A stretch of DNA of 64,000 nucleotides from Candidatus Aminicenantes bacterium (lineage in GTDB: Bacteria; Acidobacteriota; Aminicenantia; UBA2199), in the NCBI GenBank assembly GCA_963759765.1, contig CAVXAL010000002.1:621710-685709 (forward strand), given 5' to 3'. The notes below the pieces were generated by a model. It saw only the letters and a program-made list of their open reading frames with translations, was not told where the DNA came from and did not search any database. The translations under genes and the position numbers were made by a program. This document shows positions 9,943-20,085 of this stretch, piece by piece. How positions within the stretch are numbered: position 1 is the stretch's first letter; every line of letters starts with the position of its first letter.

Positions 9943-10685
9943 ATAAATAACTCCTTTAATTTTTCTGTTATTAAAGAGAAAAAAATTCTATTTTTGAAAT
10001 TTCGTAACCTTTCAAATAATTCCCAAGCTTCGTTATTTTCAAAAAATTCTTTATGTTTAAATACATCTATATCCAGCATTATTGGACAATACCTTGGATC
10101 AACAATCTGTTCGAAGACTTGAGTGATAATTGCTGTAATTCCGGTATCTGGTTCTTCAATTACAACTTTATTAAAGAAACTATTTACTCCTTGTGGCAAT
10201 TCTTTTGGAATAATCGGCGCTGCTGTTAAATACTCATTAAAATCAAGCAATGGTTGCGGATATAAAGGAATACTAATTTTATTTATATACCTAACTGCAA
10301 CTCTTATGATTTCAGGATTTACTAAATCTCTATATATCTTCCAAATTCTATAAGCCTCATCTCTAAGATTCTCCCAGCATTCATAAGGGTTTAACCGATT
10401 AAAAGTAAAGCCATCTATTCTTGTTTGGACAATCTGCTTTTTATCAATAGTTCTAAACCAATACCCTTTTAAAGTTTCTGAACTTGTCGATAAAGGTTTT
10501 AAATCTTTTTTTAACTCAAGCTTACTTTCAAATTCAATTGCCTCTGTTTTTTCTGGATATTGATTTTTTATTTTTTCGTGAATAGAAAGAAATTGTTTCA
10601 CATCAAAATCACTTTTCAACTTTGTCTTTAAATCAATTAATGCTTCATAAATCGGAGCATTATTAAGATGAGCTATCTCTGCCAC
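9939..10685 (-). CDS. hypothetical protein (island gene 1, 248 aa), possibly TIGR04255-like uncharacterised family
   Basis: GTG start at 10685 with GAGGAAAA SD. N-terminal LNNAPIYEALIDL and central RVAVRYINKISIP resemble my recollection of TIGR04255 proteins; unverified. Confidence 0.5.
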   Translation of the reverse strand: MAEIAHLNNAPIYEALIDLKTKLKSDFDVKQFLSIHEKIKNQYPEKTEAIEFESKLELKKDLKPLSTSSETLKGYWFRTIDKKQIVQTRIDGFTFNRLNPYECWENLRDEAYRIWKIYRDLVNPEIIRVAVRYINKISIPLYPQPLLDFNEYLTAAPIIPKELPQGVNSFFNKVVIEEPDTGITAIITQVFEQIVDPRYCPIMLDIDVFKHKEFFENNEAWELFERLRNFKNRIFFSLITEKLKELFI

Positions 10686-10707
10686 TTTTCCTCACATTTT
10701 TTATTTT

Positions 10708-10737
10708 ATTATAGCAGCACTCAATCTTTTTTCTCAA
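10708..10737 (-). promoter_or_regulatory. candidate sigma70 promoter for the island operon (TTGAGA-18-TGcTATAAT)
   Basis: Read on minus strand between purA stop and island gene 1; extended -10 TGn. Confidence 0.35.
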
Positions 10738-10745
10738 TAAATTTT

Positions 10746-12020
<1,275 letters not shown>

Positions 12021-12029
12021 GGCGGGTCG

Positions 12030-13281
12030 CTATTTCACCTTGATGATCAGCACGGTGAAGTCGTCGCGGAATTTCCGCTTGTGGGAGAACCCGCGGATCT
12101 TGCGGTAAAGCCCGGCGGCAATATCGGGGGCCGTGTTCAGGCGGTGGCTCTGGATGTAGTGGAGAATGCCGATTTCACCGAACTCTTCCCCTCGCGCGTT
12201 CTCCACTTCGTGGACGCCGTCGGTGAAAGCGATGATGATGTCGCCGCTTTTCAGGGGCATGGTGCTCTCTTCGTACGTGGCCTCCTCGCTGAAACCCAGC
12301 AACAGACCGCCCGGAGCAAGTTTGTGTATCTTCTGACCGGAGAGCACGATGGGGCTATAGTGGCCGGCGTTGACGTAGGTGATGGCCGGATTCTCGTCAT
12401 CGAGCAGTATCCAGAGCAGGGTGATGAAGTGCATACCCCGGGTGATCTCCAGAATGAGGGAGTTGGCCTTCTGGATGAACTTGGCCGGCTGAAACAGATA
12501 GAGTTCGTTGAGGGTGTGAAAAACCGCTTGGGCGGAGCTGGCCAGCAGGGCGGCCGACAGCCCCTTACCCTCGACGTCGGCCAACACCAGCGGCTGGATA
12601 TTTTTTTTCTTTTTCGGGATATCGTAATAGTCTCCGCCCACTTCTTGAATAGGGATGTAGATGACCCCGATGTCGTAGTGTCGCATGTCGGGCATGTGCT
12701 GGGGCAGGAGCGAAAGCTGAATGTCGCGGGCGATGGACAGCTCGTGTTCCAGGCTTTTTTTCTCGATGATCTGCTGCCAGGTAGTGGATATTGTCCAGGC
12801 CGATCGAGCAGAAGCGCGACAAGAAGAAAACGAATTCCTGTTCTTCGTGCTCAATTCGCTGCGGAATTGAACTTTTGGCCCAGGCCGAGAATAATATTTT
12901 TCTTCTTGTTCTGGGAGAGGCTGAGCAGGTAATAGATCTCTTTGATTCCAACAGGTCGCGGAGCGGGCGCGCGTCCTTGTTGAGGTCAGCCACTTTCAGG
13001 CAGGTGAAGGGCGCCACCTCATTCTGGACGTTTCGTTTCAGGTACTGCAGCTCCTGGGGGGCGATGCAAAATCCTTTTTTGCGGAATGTGCCGGAGTTCT
13101 TGTCGAAGAAAAAGGCCCGGGAGATGCCCATGGGCGCCATCAGGATGGAGAAGAAGATGCGCAGGATGTCGTCGACCTGCGAGGAGGAATGGAGAATGGA
13201 GGAAAGTTCATAGATGGAATTCAGCTGCAGTTTTTTGAAGCTGAGTTCCCTGCGCAGGTGGCTCAGATCGATTTCTGCCAT
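12030..13281 (-). pseudogene. GAF-domain PP2C-type serine phosphatase (RsbU/SpoIIE-like), one frameshift near 12790
   Basis: ORFs 12565..13281 (GAF part) and 12030..12854 (PP2C part: DIQLSLLP, GDYYD, GKGLSAAL, DGV.E) overlap in different frames and are colinear. Confidence 0.7.
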
Positions 13282-13317
13282 TTGATCATTTCGCAGGAGT
13301 TGTTGCCGTTGCTCGTT

Positions 13318-13705
13318 TTATATTCGACCGAGTCCATGATTGTTTTCATGATTTTGACACCCAGACCGCTTTTCTTTTTTTTCTTGATCATGTTCCGATG
13401 TTGATCTCTTCATCTGCGGCTCCGGGGGGATGCCGGCGTAGACGATACGAATTTTGATGCCCTCGCTGGTCAGGAAATATTCGATGGTGATGTCCTTGTC
13501 GCTCTTGTTCAGGTAGGAGTGCTTGATGACGTTGGTCACCGCCTCATCGATGGCTAGGGAGATCTTCTGCGCGTCCGTGGTCGAGAAATTGGAGAGGGTG
13601 GTGATGTGCCGGGTGAGATCGACCACCATCTTCAGCAGCTGGGTCTGCGATAGGAAAGTGATCGAGAAATCGGGCCGCTCGGGAAAGACGGTTGAATTTT
13701 TCAAT
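13318..13705 (-). CDS. anti-sigma factor / serine protein kinase (RsbW-like, HATPase_c)
   Basis: LAIDEAVTNVIKHSY N-box and GIKIRIVYAG; N-terminus lacks an in-frame ATG near the domain start (possible TTG ~13705 or upstream indel); 5' end uncertain. Confidence 0.55.
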
Positions 13706-13715
13706 GGCGGATTCC

Positions 13716-14033
13716 TCATCGCTGAGAAAATCGTAGATCTTGGTGAAGCCGATCAGGTCGAAGGTTTCGTAGACGCGCTCGTTGAGCGCGCACAGTTTGA
13801 TGTCTCCTTGCCTTTTCCCGAACCTCGTCGATGTAGCCCATGATCATGCCCATGCCGGCCGACGTGATGTAGTTCAGCTCCTGGCCGTTGATCAGGATCT
13901 TGACATTATTTTCCCGGATCAGGCGAACGATCTCCTTCTCGAAACGGGCCACCTGATGGGCGTCCAGATGGCCTTTCGGGTAGAGGACGGCCACGCCGTT
14001 GATGATCTTACTGCGTATCTGGAAATTCTTCAT
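13716..14033 (-). pseudogene. STAS-domain anti-sigma-factor antagonist (RsbV/SpoIIAA-like) with apparent frameshift near 13795
   Basis: N-terminal MKNFQIRSKIINGVAVLYPKGHLD...NYITSAGMGMIMGYIDEVRE in one frame; expected continuation GDIKLCALNERVYETFDLIGFTKIYDFLSDEESAIEKF is in a neighbouring frame; 3' end uncertain. Confidence 0.55.
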
Positions 14034-14437
14034 TTGCCCTCTCCAAAGAAGAAGTCGATTTCCCGACCGGCGGTCTCGGCCGAATCGGCCCCATGCACGG
14101 CATTCCATTGTAGGTCGATGCCGAATTTCCGGCGAATGGTGCCCGGCTCGGCTTTGGCCGGGTCGGTGGGCCCGATCAGCTTGCGCCATTCCTCCACCGC
14201 ATTCTCCTTTTCCAGAAGCACGGCAAAAATCTGGTCGGAACAGATGAATTCGACGAGGCTCGGAAAGAAAGGCTTCTGGCTATGGGCGGCGTAGAAACGC
14301 CCCGCTTGGTCGGGGGTCAGGCGGAGAGTTTTAATACGGAGGATGTGGAAGTCGTGGTGCTCGATCTCGGAAATGATCGTGCCGACGATCCTGCGGCGCA
14401 CCGCGTCGGGTTTGATCAGGGCCAGTGTCTGGTTCAT
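14030..14437 (-). CDS. ndk: nucleoside diphosphate kinase
   Basis: TLALIKPDAV, active-site NAVHGADS (His) motif. Confidence 0.85.
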   Translation of the reverse strand: MNQTLALIKPDAVRRRIVGTIISEIEHHDFHILRIKTLRLTPDQAGRFYAAHSQKPFFPSLVEFICSDQIFAVLLEKENAVEEWRKLIGPTDPAKAEPGTIRRKFGIDLQWNAVHGADSAETAGREIDFFFGEGK

Positions 14438-14550
14438 TTTTTCCTTGCTGCTATTGTAAAATAAACAGGGGTAAATTTCAAATGAATGAGCCCATTACGG
14501 AAGATGGAGCCAGATGGATAAGAGGATGCTATTGACTTTCGTTTTTCTAA

Positions 14551-14583
14551 ATAGTACAATAATAGTACAATAATAGTACAATA
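14551..14583 (+). promoter_or_regulatory. three tandem 11-bp direct repeats (atagtacaata) upstream of pstS; candidate PhoP/PhoB-type box
   Basis: atagtacaata x3 ending 12 nt before the pstS ATG, RBS GGGAGG follows; 11-bp periodicity matches Pho-box architecture. Confidence 0.4.
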
Positions 14584-14595
14584 GGGAGGCTTATA

Positions 14596-15552
14596 ATGAA
14601 AAAGGCATGGGTCGTTGTTGCTGCCCTAACAGTTCTGCTGGGCTGCCAGACCAGCAAGAAGCAGGCACAGGGCCAAGAAGAAACGCGAGGCACCATCACC
14701 CTTTCCGGCGCTTTTGCTCTTTATCCCATGGTGGTGAAATGGGCGGAGGAATATAAAAAGATCTGTCCCCAGGTCACAATGGACATATCGGCGGGCGGGG
14801 CAGGCAAGGGAATTGTTGATGCCTTGGCCGGCGCGGTGGACATCGGTATGGTCTCGCGCACGATCCATCCCGCCGAAATTGAAAAGGGCGCCTGGTGGGT
14901 GGCTGTGACCAAGGATGCGGTGGTGGCCGTGGTCAACGAAAACAATCCGCTGGTGGCGGAGCTGCTCGGCCACGGCTTGAAGCGGGAAACGCTGGCCGCC
15001 ATCTGGTTGAAGGGCACTGTGGCGACTTGGGAGGCGGCGCTGGAACGCGGCGGCAACCATCCCATTCACCTGTATACCCGCTCCGACGCCTGCGGCGCCG
15101 GGGAGACCTGGGCGCAATATTTGGGTAAAAAACAGGAAGACCTGCTGGGCATCGGTGTTTATGGGGATCCCGGGCTGGCCGATGCGGTAAAAAAAGACTT
15201 GCTGGGGATCGGCTACAACAATGTCAACTACGCCTACGACGCTGCCAGCAAGCGGCCTGTGGCCGGGCTGCGCATTTTGCCGCTGGATCTGAACGGCAAC
15301 GGCAGGGTGGAAACGCAGGAGAATTTTTACGGTCAGCGTGATGAACTGGTGGCAGCCATTGCCGACGGCCGCTATCCCAACCCTCCGGCTCGCGAGCTCT
15401 ATTTCGTTTGCCGCGGTCGGCCCACGAACAAGACGGTGGCTCGTTTCATCCGCTGGGTGTTGAGCGACGGCCAGCGCTTTGTTGCCGATGCCGGTTACAT
15501 CCGTCTGGCCGACAGCACGCTGCAGGCGGGCGTGGCCAAGCTGGGCGACTGA
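14596..15552 (+). CDS. pstS: phosphate ABC transporter substrate-binding lipoprotein, PstS family
   Basis: Lipoprotein signal LLGCQ; TLSGAFALYP and SAGGAGKGI blocks. Confidence 0.8.
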   Translation: MKKAWVVVAALTVLLGCQTSKKQAQGQEETRGTITLSGAFALYPMVVKWAEEYKKICPQVTMDISAGGAGKGIVDALAGAVDIGMVSRTIHPAEIEKGAWWVAVTKDAVVAVVNENNPLVAELLGHGLKRETLAAIWLKGTVATWEAALERGGNHPIHLYTRSDACGAGETWAQYLGKKQEDLLGIGVYGDPGLADAVKKDLLGIGYNNVNYAYDAASKRPVAGLRILPLDLNGNGRVETQENFYGQRDELVAAIADGRYPNPPARELYFVCRGRPTNKTVARFIRWVLSDGQRFVADAGYIRLADSTLQAGVAKLGD

Positions 15553-15562
15553 ACGCGGCGGC

Positions 15563-16486
15563 CTAACCGGTGGAGCCGCTCTTGCGGCTGCGGGGGTGAT
15601 AGCGGTCGTACGCCTTGCGCACCTGGTCCTTGGCCACATGGGTGTAGATTTCGGTGGTGGAGATGTTGGCGTGCCCCAGCAGCAGCTGCACGGAGCGCAG
15701 GTCGGCTCCTTGTTCCACCAGGTGGGTGGCAAAGGAGTGGCGCAGCATGTGGGGCGTCAGCACACCGCCGAGCCCGGTTTTTCTGCCGTAGGCCTTGATG
15801 ATTTTCCAGAGTCCCTGGCGTGTCAGCGGCCGGCCGCTGGGATTGAGAAAGACCGCATCACTTCGCTCCTTCTTGAGCTGCCGGGGCCGGCCGTTTTGCA
15901 GATAATCCCGCAGGCAGGCTTCCGCTTTCGGGCCGAAAGGCACGATCCGTTCTTTGCCGCCCTTGCCCCGCACGCGCAGGAAATTTTCCTCTAGGTACAC
16001 CTGCTCCAGCTGCAGCTGGGCCGCTTCCGAAACGCGCATGCCGGTGGCGTACATCAGTTCGAGCAGCGCCTTGTCCCTTTTGCCGGACGCGCTCCCCGTG
16101 TCGGGGCTTTCCAGCAACCGCAGCACTTCTTCTATGGTCAGGTATTTGGGAAGTTTGTGCCATTTTTTGGGCAATGCCAGGGTAGCGGCGGGATTGGTCG
16201 CCAACCGCTCCTCGGCAACCAGGTAACGGTAAAAACTCTTCAGCACCGAAATCAGATGGGCCTGCGACGACACTGCCCGGCCCTGGCGCGCTTCCTCTTT
16301 CAGGAAGCCGAGGAGCTCGTTGGCAGTGAGCGAGAGGAAATCCAGGCGCTGTTTCTTCAGGTGTGAAAAGAATTTTTCCAGTTCCTGGCGGTAGGAGAGA
16401 GCGGTGTTGAGAGCCAGGCCGCGCTCGACTTCCAGGTGGAGGAGGAATTGACCGACAGCAGTGGGCAGGATCGGTTTTTCGCTCAC
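15563..16486 (-). CDS. tyrosine recombinase XerC/XerD family
   Basis: ALLELMYATGMRVSE, HMLRHSFATHLV, LLGHANISTTEIYTHV catalytic blocks; 307 aa. Confidence 0.85.
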   Translation of the reverse strand: MSEKPILPTAVGQFLLHLEVERGLALNTALSYRQELEKFFSHLKKQRLDFLSLTANELLGFLKEEARQGRAVSSQAHLISVLKSFYRYLVAEERLATNPAATLALPKKWHKLPKYLTIEEVLRLLESPDTGSASGKRDKALLELMYATGMRVSEAAQLQLEQVYLEENFLRVRGKGGKERIVPFGPKAEACLRDYLQNGRPRQLKKERSDAVFLNPSGRPLTRQGLWKIIKAYGRKTGLGGVLTPHMLRHSFATHLVEQGADLRSVQLLLGHANISTTEIYTHVAKDQVRKAYDRYHPRSRKSGSTG

Positions 16487-17118
16487 GGGCTCAGGTAAGG
16501 GTTGCTGAGCAGTTCCCGCTCCAGGGTGCTCTGTTCGCCGTGACCGGGCAGAATGATGGTTGAGGGCGGGAACTCTTTCAGCCTGGCCAGGGATACCGCC
16601 ATTTGCTCCTCGTTGCCGCCGGGGAGGTCGGTGCGACCCACGTCACCGGCAAACAGAGTATCGCCGGTAAAAAGGTATGGCGGGCAGTACAGGGCGATCG
16701 AGCCGGGTGAATGACCGGGAAGGTGAATCACGGTCAGCGCGAAACCCGCTGCCTCCAGGCGTTCACCCTCATTGAGCGTGCGTTCGGGCCAGGGCGGCCG
16801 GGGTAGGTCAAGGGAATCGCCCAGTTCCAGATTCAATGGGGAAAAAAGCGCCGGCTCGTCGTCGCGATGCAGGAACAGGGGGACATGGTAATGGTCGGCC
16901 AGCTGGCGGGCGCCGCCGCAGTGGTCCATGTGGCCATGGGTGAGGATGATGCCCACGGGATCCAGGCTCTCGTCCGCAATGGCTTTTTCGATGACCTGCG
17001 GCTCGGCGCCGGGATCAATGATCCAGCACTTGCGGTTGGGCGGGGAAAAAACCAGATAGGCGTTGGTCTGCAGCTCGCCCACCTGGCAGCGCCGGATGGC
17101 AATCGGTTCAGGCGCCAT
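16483..17118 (-). CDS. MBL-fold metallo-hydrolase
   Basis: THGHMDHCGG zinc-binding motif. Confidence 0.8.
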   Translation of the reverse strand: MAPEPIAIRRCQVGELQTNAYLVFSPPNRKCWIIDPGAEPQVIEKAIADESLDPVGIILTHGHMDHCGGARQLADHYHVPLFLHRDDEPALFSPLNLELGDSLDLPRPPWPERTLNEGERLEAAGFALTVIHLPGHSPGSIALYCPPYLFTGDTLFAGDVGRTDLPGGNEEQMAVSLARLKEFPPSTIILPGHGEQSTLERELLSNPYLSP

Positions 17119-18385
17119 ATTTTTTGAATTTGAGGCCGTTGGCCATCATCAGCGGCAGGATATCCATGGAGTAGAAATTGCCCAGGATGCCGGCGGCGCA
17201 AGTGCGCTCGCCGAATTTGTTCAGACGCTTGACGGTCCGGGCTTTTCCGGTTTTGCTTGCCTCCCTGCCCACGGCATTGAGAAATTGGAGGGGCGTTTCT
17301 CCTGCCCGCTGAAAGGGGGCGTGGATCAGGAAAGGATTGGGGTGCCAGGAGTGGGATTTCATGGCAGCGGGAGTGGAATGGTCGCCGGTAACCACCAGCA
17401 CGTCCGGGGTGAGTTCGAGGATGGCCGGCAGCCAGTGATCGAATTCCTCGATCACCTCGACCTTGCCGGCGAAGTTGCCGTCCTCACCGTAGGAGTCGGT
17501 CTTTTTGACGTGCAGGAAGAAGAAATTGTGGCGCTTCCAGTTCGCCTTCAGGGTGGCGATCTGCTCCTGGATGGTTTTGCCGGTTTCCAAAATCTCCATC
17601 CCCACCAGCTGGGCCAGGCCCCGGTACATGGGGTACGTGGCGACGGCCGCGGGTTTCAGCTTGAACAATTCCTGCATCGAGGGGATGGCGGGGTATTTGG
17701 CGAAACCCCGCAGCAGGCAGGTGTTGGCCGGGTGAAAATCCTTCAGCTCGGCGGTGAGCCGGTCGATGAAAAAGTTGACGACAGCCGCAGTATGGCGGGC
17801 CGCCTCGCTCTTTGCTTCCGTGTACTTGATGGGCAGGTTGACCGCTTCCGGGTCGGCGTCGGTCAGATCAGCACTGAGGCCGTCGCCGCTGAGCACCAGC
17901 ACGAAACGGTGCTCCTCTCCGGAATGGAGCCGGATGTCCACGTCTTCGATGCGCTGCAGACGCGAATTGAGATAGGCCACGATTTCCTGGTTCCTTGCGG
18001 TGGGGATGCGGCCGGCGCGCCGGTCGGTGATGGTGCCGTTCTGCTGGGTGGCGAAGTTGCCGCGGGCGGTGACGTCGCGGGGCCCCACGGGGATGCCCAC
18101 GCCCAGGGCTTCCAGGATGCCCCGGCCGATCTCGTATTTGAGCGGATCGTAGCCAAAGAGCGAGAGGTGGGCCGGTCCGCTGCCGGGCGTGACGCCGATG
18201 GCGATCGGATGGGTCAGACCCAGTTCGCTGCTCGAGGCCAGTATATCGAGATTGAGTGTGGCTGCCGTTTCCAGTTCCGTCTTGCCCTTGACCGGCAGGC
18301 CGCCCAGGCCATCGAGCACGACCAGAACCAACTTTTTTTCGTTTTCTATGCTTAGTTTTTTATAAAGTTCTTCACGTTCCATCAC
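17108..18385 (-). CDS. apgM: cofactor-independent phosphoglycerate mutase, archaeal type
   Basis: VLVVLDGLGG, VTGDHSTP metal site motifs; 425 aa. Confidence 0.8.
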   Translation of the reverse strand: MMEREELYKKLSIENEKKLVLVVLDGLGGLPVKGKTELETAATLNLDILASSSELGLTHPIAIGVTPGSGPAHLSLFGYDPLKYEIGRGILEALGVGIPVGPRDVTARGNFATQQNGTITDRRAGRIPTARNQEIVAYLNSRLQRIEDVDIRLHSGEEHRFVLVLSGDGLSADLTDADPEAVNLPIKYTEAKSEAARHTAAVVNFFIDRLTAELKDFHPANTCLLRGFAKYPAIPSMQELFKLKPAAVATYPMYRGLAQLVGMEILETGKTIQEQIATLKANWKRHNFFFLHVKKTDSYGEDGNFAGKVEVIEEFDHWLPAILELTPDVLVVTGDHSTPAAMKSHSWHPNPFLIHAPFQRAGETPLQFLNAVGREASKTGKARTVKRLNKFGERTCAAGILGNFYSMDILPLMMANGLKFKKYGA

Positions 18386-18437
18386 TGTGCTCCTGTTGCC
18401 ATTATCGTCATCAAGCCTGGAAAAATCAAGCCTGCGG

Positions 18438-19382
18438 CTACTGCTCTTCGCCGCAGTAGGGGCAGACGGGCATGCGCCGGCCCATGGCCTTGCGGCAGTT
18501 CCAGCAGACGTGGTCGGAGCGGCTTTCGCGGGCCTGGATGCGTTTGTGGATGTCCTTTATTTCCGAGGACAAGTCCTGGCTTTTGTTCTCGCTCTGGTCC
18601 AGGTCGTTGAGCACCTCGTGGGCGCTGGCGTAGCGCTGCTTCAGGTCGGGGGCCAGCGTTTTCATGATGACCCAGTTGAGCTCGGGCGAAACCGCCGGGT
18701 TCTTTTTGCAGAGGGGAGCGAAATCGCCGGCCTTGGCCTTCTTGTAGATATCGAGCGGATTGGCCAGCACGATGGGCGGGAAGCCGGTCACCATCTCGTA
18801 GAACAGACAGCCGGCCGAATAGATGTCCGAGGCGAACACGGCTTTGCCCTCGAACTGTTCGGGCGCCATGTAGGGCGGCGAACCGATCTTGGTGGTGGCG
18901 AACTCCTTTTCCTTGAGCAAGGTGGAGGTGCCGAAATCGGTGATTTTCACTTCATTGTCTTGGTTGATCAAAATATTCGAGGGTCGGATGTCGCGGTGGA
19001 TGACGCCGTGGCGGTGGGCGAACTCCAGGGCCGAAAGGATCTGCCGGATATAGTTCAACGATTGCTTGATGCTCAATGACTGCTGCTGGTCGATCAGTTT
19101 TTCCAGGTCGGTGCCCTCAATGTATTCCATGACCATGATCAGGATGTGGTTGATGATGTCCACGGTCAGCAGCTTGACGATGCTGGGATGATCGAGCAGC
19201 CGTGTCTGCAGCACCGATTCCTGCAGCAGCTTGTCGAGTTGCGAGCTGGTGCGGTGAGGAATTTTGAGCGCCCGCTGGCACTTCAGGATGGTGTCCTCGG
19301 CCAGGTAGACGGTGCCGAAACCGCCGCTGCCCAGCTTCTTGAGGATCTTGTATTTGCCGATTTCGCCGTTCAGCTCAATCAT
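18438..19382 (-). CDS. serine/threonine protein kinase with C-terminal zinc-ribbon
   Basis: GSGGFGTVY, HRDIRPSNIL, DFG, APE; CWNCRK...CPYCG tail. Confidence 0.85.
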   Translation of the reverse strand: MIELNGEIGKYKILKKLGSGGFGTVYLAEDTILKCQRALKIPHRTSSQLDKLLQESVLQTRLLDHPSIVKLLTVDIINHILIMVMEYIEGTDLEKLIDQQQSLSIKQSLNYIRQILSALEFAHRHGVIHRDIRPSNILINQDNEVKITDFGTSTLLKEKEFATTKIGSPPYMAPEQFEGKAVFASDIYSAGCLFYEMVTGFPPIVLANPLDIYKKAKAGDFAPLCKKNPAVSPELNWVIMKTLAPDLKQRYASAHEVLNDLDQSENKSQDLSSEIKDIHKRIQARESRSDHVCWNCRKAMGRRMPVCPYCGEEQ

Positions 19383-20085
19383 GGTAAAAGCGCAGGATGG
19401 CGGCCATGGCGATGGCCGCGGTTTCGGTTTTGAGGATGGCGTCGTTGATCTTGAGGGATTGCCATCCGCCGTTTTTCAGCCTCTCCTTTTCCTCCGGGGT
19501 GAAATCGCCCGGTGGGCCAATCAGGGCAACCACCGGCCCGGGCTGCAGTGGAAATAGGGTCGGGTTGGGGCGGGGGCCGTCGATGTCGAGAAAAAGCCGC
19601 GTGGCGGCGGTCAGGGGAGAAGATGCCAGGCTGGCCAGAGATGCGGCCGGGAATATCTCGGTGAGCCAGAGTTGGCGATTGGCCTTGAGGGCTTGGATGG
19701 CGATCTTTTGCCATTTTTCGAGGAGCGCCGGCCGGAAGCGGGCATCGGTGCGCTCGCAGAGCAAAGGCCGGATCTGGTTCATTCCCAGTTCGCATAACTT
19801 TTCCATCATCCAGCCCATGGCGTGGGGCTTGGTCAAGGAGACGGCGATGATCGTGGACGGCGCGGGCTGCGGCTGGACCTCTTGGCGGCAGACCGCGGCC
19901 AGCAGAAAATGGCGCTCCAACTTGTCGACCACCGCCTCGAGCAGCCGGCCGCGGCCATTGACCACCTCGATGCGCTCCCCCGGGCGCACGCGCAACACCG
20001 TGGCCAGGTGGTGGTATTCGTCGCCGTCAACCCGGATGCGGTCACTGGCAGCCTCGTGGCCCGAATAGAAGCGGCGCAAACCCAT
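19375..20085 (-). CDS. rsmE: 16S rRNA (uracil1498-N3)-methyltransferase RsmE
   Basis: PUA-like N-terminus and LIGPPGDFT SPOUT motif. Confidence 0.8.
   Translation of the reverse strand: MGLRRFYSGHEAASDRIRVDGDEYHHLATVLRVRPGERIEVVNGRGRLLEAVVDKLERHFLLAAVCRQEVQPQPAPSTIIAVSLTKPHAMGWMMEKLCELGMNQIRPLLCERTDARFRPALLEKWQKIAIQALKANRQLWLTEIFPAASLASLASSPLTAATRLFLDIDGPRPNPTLFPLQPGPVVALIGPPGDFTPEEKERLKNGGWQSLKINDAILKTETAAIAMAAILRFYHD

Larger units (their letters stand above)
9040..10745. other. AT-rich (~33% GC) 1.7 kb island in a ~60% GC genome, inserted directly after the purA stop codon; putative horizontally acquired cassette
   Basis: Sharp compositional break at ~9040 and at 10745; three co-oriented, tightly coupled genes; flanked by imperfect direct repeats AAATTTTTTAAA(A/T)ATT. 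Confidence 0.6.

Noticed and set aside
15563-16486. Xer-type recombinase as possible integrase of the AT-rich island
   Set aside because: It is 5 kb away and separated by ndk/pstS, has host-like GC and full XerC/D catalytic blocks, so it looks like the chromosomal dimer-resolution recombinase.
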